Below, in pieces: positions 18,548 to 28,071 of a stretch of 64,000 nt of DNA. The position numbers and the translations under genes were made by a program. This DNA comes from Clostridia bacterium. Lineage in GTDB: Bacteria; Bacillota; Clostridia; Christensenellales; Borkfalkiaceae. Numbering within the stretch: the first letter of the stretch is position 1; each line of letters opens with the position of its first letter. The notes beneath the pieces were generated by a model, which was not told the origin of the DNA, did not search any database, and saw only the letters and a list, made by a program, of their open reading frames with translations. The stretch covers positions 8,848 through 72,847 of the forward strand of contig JAFWXO010000013.1 in the NCBI GenBank assembly GCA_017545865.1. Direction: 5' to 3'.

Positions 18548-20932
18548 ATGAATTCAGCGGCTATTATTTTGTGCGCGGGCAAGGGCACGCGCATGGGCGA
18601 CAATTCGAAAAGTAAAGTTTGTTTTGATTTGGCAGGAACGCCCGTTATAAAAAGAATAATTGCTAATATGCGCGATGCGGGGGTTAGCCGTTTCGTTATC
18701 GTTATCGGTCACCAAGCGTATTCGGTTATGGACACGCTTTACGGGGAAGACGGTATCGTTTACGCCTACCAAAAAGAGCAAAAAGGCACGGGGCACGCCG
18801 CTATGTGCGGGCTTAAGGCTTTGCAAACCGTTGGGTATAAAGGCTCGGTAATAATCTCTATGGGCGACAAAATCATTGCGACTGACGTTATAAAGGGCTT
18901 GTTAAACAAAGCGGAAACGAGTAAAGCAGTTTGGGGCGTTCAACCCTTAAACGCTAACTATAACGGCGGAAGAGTGGTTACCGTAGATGATAAGCCTTTC
19001 GGTGTTGTTGAGTTTGCCGACGCTGCTCTTATGAAACTTGGCGAAGTTGACTTAAAAGATTACGAAACGACTTTAAAAAATATAAAACTCAACGCTAAAA
19101 AAGCCGAAAAAGTTATTAAAAAGGCAATAGAAGTAAAACCGAGTTCAACGGTAACTCTTTGCGGAAAGACTTTTACTGCGGATGAAGTTTTAAATTCAAA
19201 ATACGCTAACGCCGGGCTTTATTGTTTTGACGTTGACAGCGCAGTTGACGTCATTGAAACACTTGGTAGCAACAACGCTCAAGGCGAAATATATTTGACT
19301 GACGCGCTTGAAAAATTCGCCTTAAACGGTGACGCTACTATTTACGAAGTTAAAAGCGCCGAAGATATGCTCACTTATAGCACCAAGGCGGAACTTCGTG
19401 AAATAAGCAAATATTTTATGAGAACTGCGTCACAGTTTATTTCCGATATAAAGTCTGGAAAAGAAGACGAGTTTTTTATAAACTTATACGATGCCGACGC
19501 TCAAGCCCAAAAGGAAAGATACGTTCAACTTTTACAGTTGTTCATTGAAAAATACGGGGATCAACAAGTCGTTATAACGAGATCTCCTGGTAGAGTTAAC
19601 TTAATGGGTAGGCATATCGACCACCGTGGTGGCGGTATAAACGTTATGGCTACCGATAAAGACGTGGTTTTCGTTTCTTCTATGCGAAGTGATGACGAAG
19701 TTCATATTTCAAACGTAAACGAAGATTTTGAAGACGAAAGTTTTTCAATTTCAAAAACGCTCGGCGATAAAAAGTATGAAAAATGGCTTGATTATCTTGC
19801 CGATGAGCGCGTAGTAGAAGAACTTAAACAAAATAGCGGGCGTTGGTCTAATTACGTTAAGAGCGCGGTAATTAGAGCGCAATTTGATAGCGAATTTAAA
19901 CTTTGCGGTATGAATATGGTTGCGGGTGGAACGATACCCATGGCGGCAGGTCTTTCATCATCGTCAAGCATAGTAGTTGCCGTGATGGAAGCGGTTGTTG
20001 CGCTCAACAGTTTAAACATTACCGATAAAGATTTCATCACTCTTTGTGGCGAAGGCGAGTGGTTCGTTGGCTCAAGGGGTGGCGCAGGCGACCACGGCGC
20101 TATGAAGTGCGGAAAAGCAAATAATATAATTCATCTTAGTTTCAAACCATTTGAAGTTGGTGAAACGGTTGAATTTTCAAGCAAGTACGCCGTTGTCGTT
20201 GCAAACAGTACGATAAAGGCGAAAAAATCGGAGGGTAGCAAAGATAAGTTCAATGCGAAAATCGCGTCGTTTGAGTTTGCGTTAATGCTTATCAAAAGAG
20301 CGTTCCCCGATTACAACTTCATTGAGTTTAGAGATATTGCAAAGGTAAGACCGTTTAGTAAAATTTATCAAATGCTCCTTTCAATTCCCGAAAGAGTTAC
20401 TAGCAAGCTAATGATAGAACTTCTTCCCGAATACAGAGAGAAAATAGAGCAAATTTGCAAGAGTTTTATAGAGCCTGAGTATTACGACGTTCGCGGGGTT
20501 GCTTTATACGGCATTTCCGAGTGCGTTAGAGCAGAGCGCACCATTGAACTTTTAAAACAGGCTAAATATAAAGAACTTGGCGACCTTATGAAAATTAGTC
20601 ACGATGGGGACAGGCTTAACGGTGAAAGGGTTACCGACGAACTTTTGAAAACCCTTATCAAAGAAAACGCTGATATTGCCTTGCAACGTGGCAAGTACGA
20701 TTGTTCAGTTGAGAAAATCGACTATTTATGCGACGTGTTAAACGCTACTGACGGCGTTTTAGGTAGCGAGATTGCAGGCGCAGGGCTTGGCGGTTGCGTT
20801 GTTGCGCTCGTTGAAAAAGAAAAAGCGGATAAAATTATTTCCGCCGTTAACGAGAAGTATTACGATAAGTTTGGTTACGAGCGTTCGGCTCACGTATATA
20901 GTGCGTCACACGGCTCAATCGTTTTATTCTAG
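18548..20932 (+). CDS. bifunctional sugar-1-phosphate nucleotidyltransferase (N-terminal) / GHMP sugar kinase (galactokinase-like, C-terminal); substrate unknown
   Basis: 794 aa. N-terminus LCAGKGTRMG..K (sugar nucleotidyltransferase signature). C-terminal half has a galactokinase-like GRVNLMGRHIDHRGG, GHMP motif 2 (PMAAGLSSSSSIVVAV) and motif 3 (GAGLGGCVVALV). Confidence 0.7.
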   Translation: MNSAAIILCAGKGTRMGDNSKSKVCFDLAGTPVIKRIIANMRDAGVSRFVIVIGHQAYSVMDTLYGEDGIVYAYQKEQKGTGHAAMCGLKALQTVGYKGSVIISMGDKIIATDVIKGLLNKAETSKAVWGVQPLNANYNGGRVVTVDDKPFGVVEFADAALMKLGEVDLKDYETTLKNIKLNAKKAEKVIKKAIEVKPSSTVTLCGKTFTADEVLNSKYANAGLYCFDVDSAVDVIETLGSNNAQGEIYLTDALEKFALNGDATIYEVKSAEDMLTYSTKAELREISKYFMRTASQFISDIKSGKEDEFFINLYDADAQAQKERYVQLLQLFIEKYGDQQVVITRSPGRVNLMGRHIDHRGGGINVMATDKDVVFVSSMRSDDEVHISNVNEDFEDESFSISKTLGDKKYEKWLDYLADERVVEELKQNSGRWSNYVKSAVIRAQFDSEFKLCGMNMVAGGTIPMAAGLSSSSSIVVAVMEAVVALNSLNITDKDFITLCGEGEWFVGSRGGAGDHGAMKCGKANNIIHLSFKPFEVGETVEFSSKYAVVVANSTIKAKKSEGSKDKFNAKIASFEFALMLIKRAFPDYNFIEFRDIAKVRPFSKIYQMLLSIPERVTSKLMIELLPEYREKIEQICKSFIEPEYYDVRGVALYGISECVRAERTIELLKQAKYKELGDLMKISHDGDRLNGERVTDELLKTLIKENADIALQRGKYDCSVEKIDYLCDVLNATDGVLGSEIAGAGLGGCVVALVEKEKADKIISAVNEKYYDKFGYERSAHVYSASHGSIVLF

Positions 20933-20940
20933 GAGTTAAT

Positions 20941-21915
20941 ATGGGATACAAGCATTTAAAATTTCCTAAAAACTCATTGTTTTTAGTTACCGGTGGCGCA
21001 GGCTTTATCGGTTCTAACCTTTGCGAAGCGATACTTAATTTAGGGTATAAGGTTCGTTGTCTTGACGATTTGTCCACGGGCAGTCAAAAGAACGTTGATA
21101 TGTTCTTGGATAATTCTAATTATGAATTTATCAAAGGCGATATAAAAGATTTTGAAACTTGCTTAAAGGCGTGCGAAGGCGTTGATTTCGTGTTAAATCA
21201 AGCGGCGTGGGGAAGCGTTCCTCGTTCGATTGAAATGCCTTTATTCTACTGCAAAAATAACATTGAAGGCACTTTAAACATGCTTGAAGCATCAAGGCAA
21301 CAAGGCGTTAAAAAGTTTGTTTACGCATCTTCTTCATCGGTGTATGGCGACGAGCCTAATCTTCCTAAAAAAGAAGGTAGAGAAGGCAATTTGTTATCGC
21401 CTTACGCGCTCACTAAGCGTTGTGACGAAGAGTGGGGCAAAATGTACACTATGCATTACGGTTTGGATACCTACGGGCTTAGGTATTTTAACGTTTTTGG
21501 CAGAAGGCAAAATCCAGACGGGGCTTACGCTGCCGTTATTCCCAAATTTATCAAGCAACTTTTAAAAGGCGAAGTTCCAACGATTAACGGTGACGGAAAG
21601 CAAAGCAGAGATTTTACTTACATTGAAAACGTTATTGAAGCCAACTTAAAAGCGTGCTTAGCGCCGAGCGAATCGGCAGGAAAGGCGTTCAATATAGCGT
21701 ACGGCGGTAGGGAATACTTGATAGATATTTATTACGCTTTAACCAAAGCGCTTGAAAAGAACGTTGAACCGAATTTCGCGCCTGATAGAAAGGGTGATAT
21801 TAAGCACAGCAACGCTGATATTAGTTTAGCGAAAGAGTTATTAGGTTACGAGCCTGAATACGATTTTAAGCGCGGTTTATCCGAAGCAATTAACTGGTAT
21901 AAGGAGAACTTATAA
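20941..21915 (+). CDS. NAD-dependent nucleotide-sugar 4-epimerase (TviC/WbpP-like)
   Basis: 324 aa. GGAGFIGS Rossmann motif, catalytic YxxxK (YALTK), and RYFNVFGRRQNPDGAYAAVIPKF, typical of UDP-GlcNAc(A) 4-epimerases. Confidence 0.82.
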   Translation: MGYKHLKFPKNSLFLVTGGAGFIGSNLCEAILNLGYKVRCLDDLSTGSQKNVDMFLDNSNYEFIKGDIKDFETCLKACEGVDFVLNQAAWGSVPRSIEMPLFYCKNNIEGTLNMLEASRQQGVKKFVYASSSSVYGDEPNLPKKEGREGNLLSPYALTKRCDEEWGKMYTMHYGLDTYGLRYFNVFGRRQNPDGAYAAVIPKFIKQLLKGEVPTINGDGKQSRDFTYIENVIEANLKACLAPSESAGKAFNIAYGGREYLIDIYYALTKALEKNVEPNFAPDRKGDIKHSNADISLAKELLGYEPEYDFKRGLSEAINWYKENL

Positions 21916-22883
21916 TGTTAATGAAAATTAAAAACGCTTTGAGAAGCTGGGCTGATAGAAGTCAGTTTGGAAGTATTGTGTTTCAATTTGCTCGCGGTTG
22001 TGTTGCAAAATTTATGCTAATATTTCCAGATAAAGCGTATGCAAAGCGATTTTACAAGTTGTACACCAAGAAAAAATTAGATTTAGATAATCCAAAAACG
22101 TTTGATGAAAAAATATGGTGGCTTAAATTAAACAATAGAGATCCATTATTAACAACTTGTTCCGACAAAAATGCTGTGAGAAAATATGTTGAAGATTTAG
22201 GTTATAAAGATATATTAATTGAACAAGTTGGTCTTTACAAAAAGGCAAAAGATATAGAATTTGATTCTTTTGATAGTGAAGTGATTATAAAATCTACTAC
22301 TGGTTCTGGTCAAAACGTATTTTACGATCCTAAGAATCCAAAAAATCGGAAAATGGTTAAAGCAAGAATGAGGTATACATTAAGGCAAAATCCGTTTATT
22401 TTGACTAGAGAGTGGAATTATAAAAATATTAAACCTCAAATTACCGTTGAAAAGGTTGTTAGGGATTCAAAAGGGAATTTGCCATTAGATTATAAATTTA
22501 TGTGTTTTGATGGTGAACCTAAATTGTTGTTCATGGATATTGGGTTAATTGATGAAAATATGGTATACAATCACGATTATCCAAGAAATATTTACGACAT
22601 GGATTTTAACTTGATGCCTATTAAAGAAACTAGAGACAACTATTTAGGACACGTTGAAAAACCTAAAAACTGGGAGAAAATGAAGGAAATTGCAAGAGTG
22701 TTATCAAAGCCGTTCCCTTTTTGTCGAGTTGATCTTTATAACCTTGAAGGCAAAATTTATTTTGGTGAAATAACCTTTTATCACGGTGGAGGGTGTAACG
22801 ATGTTCAACCTGAAGAGTGGGATTTAAGGCTTGGTTCGTGGATAGATATAAACAATCCAAAAATTGTAAGGAAAAAGAAATAA
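21915..22883 (+). CDS. ATP-grasp amidoligase-family protein (TupA-like)
   Basis: 322 aa with TupA-like ATP-grasp motifs (DYKFMCFDGEPKLLFM; RVDLYNLEGKIYFGEITFYHGGG). Confidence 0.7.
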   Translation: MLMKIKNALRSWADRSQFGSIVFQFARGCVAKFMLIFPDKAYAKRFYKLYTKKKLDLDNPKTFDEKIWWLKLNNRDPLLTTCSDKNAVRKYVEDLGYKDILIEQVGLYKKAKDIEFDSFDSEVIIKSTTGSGQNVFYDPKNPKNRKMVKARMRYTLRQNPFILTREWNYKNIKPQITVEKVVRDSKGNLPLDYKFMCFDGEPKLLFMDIGLIDENMVYNHDYPRNIYDMDFNLMPIKETRDNYLGHVEKPKNWEKMKEIARVLSKPFPFCRVDLYNLEGKIYFGEITFYHGGGCNDVQPEEWDLRLGSWIDINNPKIVRKKK

Positions 22884-22887
22884 GTGT

Positions 22888-23694
22888 ATGAAAAAAGTAA
22901 GCGTTATAATGGGAATATACAATTGCGAAACAACGCTTGCAAAAGCGATTGATTCTATTTTAGAGCAAACGTATACTAACTGGGAACTTATCATGTGTGA
23001 CGATTGCTCTACGGACGGTACTTATGAAATTGCTAAAAGTTATCAAGAACAATATCCCGAAAAAATCGTTCTATTAAAAAACGACGTTAATAAAAAATTA
23101 GCGTTTACCTTAAATCATTGTTTAGAATACGCTAAAGGCGAATATATTGCCCGTATGGATGGCGACGACGAGTCTTTGCCTGAAAGATTGCAAAAGGAAG
23201 TAGAATTTTTAAATTCTCATCCTGAAATCGACTGCGTTGGAACGGGAAGGATTATTTTTGATGACGAGGGTGAATATGGGGTTGTTGTTGAACTTGAAAA
23301 ACCATCGAAAGTAAATATTATAAAATATACGCCTTTTGCCCATCCGACAATATTAATGAGAGCAAGCGTATACAAAGCGCTAGGTGGTTACACCGTTTCA
23401 AAGGCAACTTTGAGAGCGGAAGACGTTGATCTTTGGTATCGCTTTTTTGCTGCTGGTTACAGTGGATATGTTATTCAAGAACCATTATATCGATATAGAG
23501 AATCCAAAGAAGATTTTAAAAAGCGCACGTTAAAGGCTGCAATCGGCACTAGGAAAGTGGTTCTTAGTGGATACAAATTGTTGGGTATTCCAAGAAGAAA
23601 GTGGATTTTAGCATGGAAACCGATATTCGTAGCATGTATTCCCAAATGGATAATGTATAAATATCACAGAAAAAGATATAAGAAAGAGAAATAA
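22888..23694 (+). CDS. glycosyltransferase family 2 (GT-A)
   Basis: 268 aa. N-terminus VSVIMGIYNCE..., DxD region MCDDCSTDGT, and a later MDGDDE. Confidence 0.85.
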   Translation: MKKVSVIMGIYNCETTLAKAIDSILEQTYTNWELIMCDDCSTDGTYEIAKSYQEQYPEKIVLLKNDVNKKLAFTLNHCLEYAKGEYIARMDGDDESLPERLQKEVEFLNSHPEIDCVGTGRIIFDDEGEYGVVVELEKPSKVNIIKYTPFAHPTILMRASVYKALGGYTVSKATLRAEDVDLWYRFFAAGYSGYVIQEPLYRYRESKEDFKKRTLKAAIGTRKVVLSGYKLLGIPRRKWILAWKPIFVACIPKWIMYKYHRKRYKKEK

Positions 23695-23697
23695 GAA

Positions 23698-24612
23698 ATG
23701 GAACTATTAACGATTTTTACTCCAGCATACAATAGGGCTTATATTTTGCCACAACTATATAACAGCCTATTAAAGCAGACGGATACTCGCTTTGAGTGGG
23801 TAATTGTTGACGATGGGTCTAAAGATAATACTGAAGAGTTGGTTGGTAGTTGGATTGCAGAAGGTAAAATAAAAATTATTTTTAAAAAGCAAGAAAATCA
23901 AGGTAAACACATAGCAATAAATACTGGTTTAACGTTGGCTAGTGGCGAATTGTTTTTCATAGTTGATTCTGATGATTATCTTGCTGATGATGCCGTTGAG
24001 AAAATAATTTCATTTTGGGAAGAATCGCAACCTAAAGAAGATGTTGCGGGGATAATTGCTTATAGAAAGTTTTTAAATGGGAACATTATAGGAACGAAAT
24101 TACCATTGGAAATCAAGCAGTGTAAAATGTGGGAAATGGCGAGTAAATATCAATCTTCTGGAGATAAAGCCCCTATTTTTAGAACGGAAGTTTTTAAAAA
24201 ATATCCTTATCCTAAGTTTGAAGGGGAGAAATTTTTAGGCGAAAGTTACGTTTTTAATCAAATTGATGAGTCTTACGATATGCTTGTAATGGACGAAGGC
24301 TTGTATTTTTGTGATTATCGCCCGGACGGGCTTAGCCAAGATTTTCGCCGTTTGTACAGGAATAATCCAAAAGGGTTTTTAGCCGTTTACGAACAGTCTG
24401 TAAATCATGCGATAAATTTAAAACAACGCTTAAAAACAACCGCTCATATACTTTGTTTGAGATTAAAGTTGCATTGTTTTTGGAAAGGTTTTAAAGGTAA
24501 AAGGTTTTTTTTAAAGGTATCTGCCACACCGCTTGCATTTGCGTTGTATTTTAAAATTTTCGTTTTAAAAAGGTCTGACGTAAAAGCGTTTGCGGAAACT
24601 CAAGCAAAATAA
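23698..24612 (+). CDS. glycosyltransferase family 2-like (GT-A)
   Basis: 304 aa. IFTPAYNRAYIL..., VIVDDGSKDNT, and IVDSDDYL (DxD). Confidence 0.8.
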   Translation: MELLTIFTPAYNRAYILPQLYNSLLKQTDTRFEWVIVDDGSKDNTEELVGSWIAEGKIKIIFKKQENQGKHIAINTGLTLASGELFFIVDSDDYLADDAVEKIISFWEESQPKEDVAGIIAYRKFLNGNIIGTKLPLEIKQCKMWEMASKYQSSGDKAPIFRTEVFKKYPYPKFEGEKFLGESYVFNQIDESYDMLVMDEGLYFCDYRPDGLSQDFRRLYRNNPKGFLAVYEQSVNHAINLKQRLKTTAHILCLRLKLHCFWKGFKGKRFFLKVSATPLAFALYFKIFVLKRSDVKAFAETQAK

Positions 24613-24631
24613 AACGATAATAGAGTGTTTT

Positions 24632-25750
24632 ATGAATAGAATATTACAAGTTGTTGGCGGAATGAATCGCGCCGGCGCGGAAACGTTTTTAATGAACGTT
24701 TACAGAAAACTAGATAAGAGTAAAATTCAGTTTGACTTTTTAGTGTATACTGATAAAAAGCAAGATTATGAAGATGAAATTATAACGCTTGGCGGTAGGG
24801 TGATACATATGCCTTGCTCTTCTGGTTTTGGTGCGTTAAAAAGCGTTAGAATGATTAAAAAAGTTTTGCATAAGTACGGACCGTACACGGCGGTGCACGC
24901 GCATACTTTACATAACTCTGCGTTTGCAATGCTTGCATCTAAAAAATTCAAAGAAATTAAAAGAATAACACACTCTCACAACACGCATAACACTATAAAT
25001 CCAAGTTTTATTAAACGGCTCTATGAAAAATGGACGTTTAAAGTTATTCGCAAGCACTCTCAATTTTGGCTTGCTTGTGGAGAAGAAGCGGGCTTATATT
25101 TGTTCGGCGAAGAGTTTTCTAAAAGGGGAGCGGTAGTAAATAACGGTGTTGACGTTGATAAATATTTTTATTCAGAGCCTATATCGCAAGATGAAAAACT
25201 TAAATTAGGTATCACGGATAAAGATTTAGTTATTGGTAGCGTTGCTAGGTTTGCACCTGTAAAAAACCATATTTTCATGGTTGAATTTGCAAAATATTTG
25301 CAAGATAACAACGTGCCGTTTAAGATGTTATTAGTTGGCGAAGGGGATTTAAAACAAGCAATTTCAGATAAAGTTGAAGATTATCAACTAAAAGATAACG
25401 TTTTATTGTTAGGGCTAAGAGAAGATATTCCTAATTTATTAAAGACTATGGACGTGTTCTTTATGCCGTCATTATTTGAAGGAAACCCAGTAACCTTAAT
25501 AGAAGCGCAAGCAAGCGGTTTACCGTGTGTTATTTCGGATACCATAACTGAAAAAATAGATTTAGGTGTTGGGCTAATTTCACGCTGTTCGTTGAATGAT
25601 GACTTTGGCGTGTGGCTTAAAACTATTCAAGATGCAAAAAACGTGGAAACTAATAAACTTGCAATAGATAAAGCGTTTAGTGAACGAAAGTACGACGTTG
25701 ATTCCACGGTTAATCAATTAATTAAAATTTACGAAGGGAAGGGCTTATGA
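24632..25750 (+). CDS. glycosyltransferase, GT4/GT1-type (EpsF-like)
   Basis: Starts at MNRILQVVGGMNRAGAETF (typical GT1 N-terminus). C-terminal FMPSLFEGNPVTLIEAQASGLPCVISD. The ORF-track start 24590 overlaps the upstream gene and adds a non-homologous leader. Confidence 0.82.
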   Translation: MNRILQVVGGMNRAGAETFLMNVYRKLDKSKIQFDFLVYTDKKQDYEDEIITLGGRVIHMPCSSGFGALKSVRMIKKVLHKYGPYTAVHAHTLHNSAFAMLASKKFKEIKRITHSHNTHNTINPSFIKRLYEKWTFKVIRKHSQFWLACGEEAGLYLFGEEFSKRGAVVNNGVDVDKYFYSEPISQDEKLKLGITDKDLVIGSVARFAPVKNHIFMVEFAKYLQDNNVPFKMLLVGEGDLKQAISDKVEDYQLKDNVLLLGLREDIPNLLKTMDVFFMPSLFEGNPVTLIEAQASGLPCVISDTITEKIDLGVGLISRCSLNDDFGVWLKTIQDAKNVETNKLAIDKAFSERKYDVDSTVNQLIKIYEGKGL

Positions 25751-26862
25751 TAGGAGAGAAAAAACAAGGCAACGGCTTATTTATAATTGCTATTATATTG
25801 TTGTCGTTTTCCAACGTTTTTGCTATTGCTGGTTATTCTCGTTCGTTCTATTATACTGAAATTGTTACGTTGTTAACTTTAGTGTTATTCATTATTAATT
25901 TAGCGTGCCGTATAAATCAACCGTTTAGGATAATAGATATCGTTTTATTTTCCATAAGTGCTTTATTTATTATAGCGATAGCTTTTTCATTCAAAACGAT
26001 TTATCAAGTAACTAACGTAATAATGTTATTTGGCATAACGTTTTGGGTAAATTTATTTTCGAAATTAAAATGGGATAACGATAGGTATGCTTTATGTGGT
26101 TTAGCATGTTCTATTTATTCAGTTATAATGATAGCGCTTTTCTTGCCAGGTAACGTTCTTTCTGGATGGAACCCGAATTCATCAATATCTATTTTGCCTG
26201 TTGCATTTTTCGCAATATCATGTTTAATGATGGCGAAAAACAAATTGAAAACGTGGGCTATTTTAATTACGATTATCGCAGTTGCTATTTTAGTGTTACA
26301 ACTTGAAAATAGAAGTTCGTTTTTAGCGTTAGTTTTATTTGCTATCGTTTGTTTGTTTAAGAAAATTCGCAATAGTAAAGTGGGGTTCCGAGTATTTTAT
26401 ATAACGGTTATTTCGCTTAACATATTATTGCCTTTCTTCTTTGAAATTGCCACGTCTACTAGTCTTTTCAAAGCAATATCTAACGTGTTGTTAGACGTTT
26501 TTGATAAAAACGGTTTAAACGGTAGAGAAACTCTTTGGGCAGCTGCGATAGGAAGAATAGGCGAACGCCCGTTATTTGGAACATTAGGATACCGTATTGC
26601 ATATTATCACAATTTCTCATTGGATATCTTAATTCAGTTTGGTTGGGTGGGTTGGATAATATTTATATCCGTTTTAGTTTATATTTTTGAAAAATCTTTT
26701 TCAGAAAACTCTACGAGCAATATATTTATTTTAGGCTTTATTTGCTTGATTTTCTTAAATACTTTTGAAAGCGTGCTATTTTGCAACAACTATTTTATGC
26801 CGTTTGCCTACTTATTATTGGGTATGTGTTGGAATAAAAAATCAAAAAGGTTGGATAAATAA
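25747..26862 (+). CDS. O-antigen polymerase/ligase-like polytopic membrane protein (Wzy candidate)
   Basis: 371 aa, hydrophobic throughout (about 10 TM segments by eye), no soluble domain. Sits between glycosyltransferases in a locus that also has a Wzx. Confidence 0.65.
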   Translation: MIGEKKQGNGLFIIAIILLSFSNVFAIAGYSRSFYYTEIVTLLTLVLFIINLACRINQPFRIIDIVLFSISALFIIAIAFSFKTIYQVTNVIMLFGITFWVNLFSKLKWDNDRYALCGLACSIYSVIMIALFLPGNVLSGWNPNSSISILPVAFFAISCLMMAKNKLKTWAILITIIAVAILVLQLENRSSFLALVLFAIVCLFKKIRNSKVGFRVFYITVISLNILLPFFFEIATSTSLFKAISNVLLDVFDKNGLNGRETLWAAAIGRIGERPLFGTLGYRIAYYHNFSLDILIQFGWVGWIIFISVLVYIFEKSFSENSTSNIFILGFICLIFLNTFESVLFCNNYFMPFAYLLLGMCWNKKSKRLDK

Positions 26863-28070
26863 TGAAGAAAAAACTCTTATTTATTATGGATACTTTTCCC
26901 GTTGGTGGAATAGCAAAGAGTCTTCTTTCTTTGTTTGGTGAAATTGGCGGTAAGTACGATATTGATTTTTTGATTATGGAAAAGTCTGGTTTACTTATTC
27001 CGCTTATTCCAAAAGATATTAACGTTTTACCGGAACTATTAAAAAGAGAATTTAGAAATCCGCATCCAAAATACGTTTTTAAGAATTTAAAAACACTTAA
27101 ATTTGAAGAGTGGTTAAAGTGGGTTGGGTATTCGATTTCTTGTTGCTTTGCCCGATTGACTGGTGGATTACATAAACATATTTGCACTATGGACGTGTAT
27201 ATCGGCAAGCACACTAAGAAGATAGACAAGCATTACGATGCTGCAATTGCCTATGCCGGTGGTAGATGTATTTATTATTTAGTTGAAAACGTTGATTCAG
27301 ACGTTAAAATCGGTTACGTTCACAGCGATTATTTAGTAAATGAAACCGATTTTATGTTATATAACGCAGATAAAAAATATTATCCTAAGTTGGATAAAAT
27401 TGTAACGATTTCTCAAAAATGTTTGCAATCCCTAAATCAAAAGTTCCCTGATCTTGAGAGCAAGTGTTGTGTGGTTGAAAATATTTGTTCAGTAAAAAAT
27501 ATAAGAGATATGGCTGAACGTGGAGAGAGTTACACGGATAATTTTGAAGGTTTTCGCATTTCTTCTTTGGTGCGATTTGATATTCAAACTAAGGGTTTGG
27601 ATATTGCACTTGAAAGCGCTAAAATTTTAAAAGAGGAAGGAAAATCGTTCCGCTGGTATATTATTGGTGACGGTGGGCAATGCCCAACTTTAGAAAGAAT
27701 GATTGCTGAAAACAAACTAGAAAATGAGTTTGTTTTGTTAGGCGCAAAAGTAAATCCTTATGGCTATCTAAAAGATTCGGATATATATGCGCAAACGTCA
27801 AGAATTGAAGGGAAATCAGTTTCTTTAGACGAGGCAAAAGCGCTCGCAAAGCCTATAGTCGTTACTTGTTTTCCGTCAGTGTACGATCAGTTTAAAGATG
27901 GTGAAAACGCTTTAATTGCAGAAATGTCTGCTCAAGGTGTCGCAGATAAAATTTCAATGCTTATGGAAGATAAAAACTTGCGTGAAAAATTAACTGAAAA
28001 TTTGTTAAATGAAAAAGTTGGAAACGAAGAACAAGCGCAAGTTTTCGAAAGTTTATTGGAGAAGAAATAA
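26862..28070 (+). CDS. glycosyltransferase, GT4/GT1-type
   Basis: 402 aa. N-terminus LLFIMDTFPVGGIAKS and C-terminal YAQTSRIEGKSVSLDEAKALAKPIVV (E-x7-E type). Confidence 0.78.
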   Translation: MKKKLLFIMDTFPVGGIAKSLLSLFGEIGGKYDIDFLIMEKSGLLIPLIPKDINVLPELLKREFRNPHPKYVFKNLKTLKFEEWLKWVGYSISCCFARLTGGLHKHICTMDVYIGKHTKKIDKHYDAAIAYAGGRCIYYLVENVDSDVKIGYVHSDYLVNETDFMLYNADKKYYPKLDKIVTISQKCLQSLNQKFPDLESKCCVVENICSVKNIRDMAERGESYTDNFEGFRISSLVRFDIQTKGLDIALESAKILKEEGKSFRWYIIGDGGQCPTLERMIAENKLENEFVLLGAKVNPYGYLKDSDIYAQTSRIEGKSVSLDEAKALAKPIVVTCFPSVYDQFKDGENALIAEMSAQGVADKISMLMEDKNLREKLTENLLNEKVGNEEQAQVFESLLEKK

Positions 28071-28071
28071 T

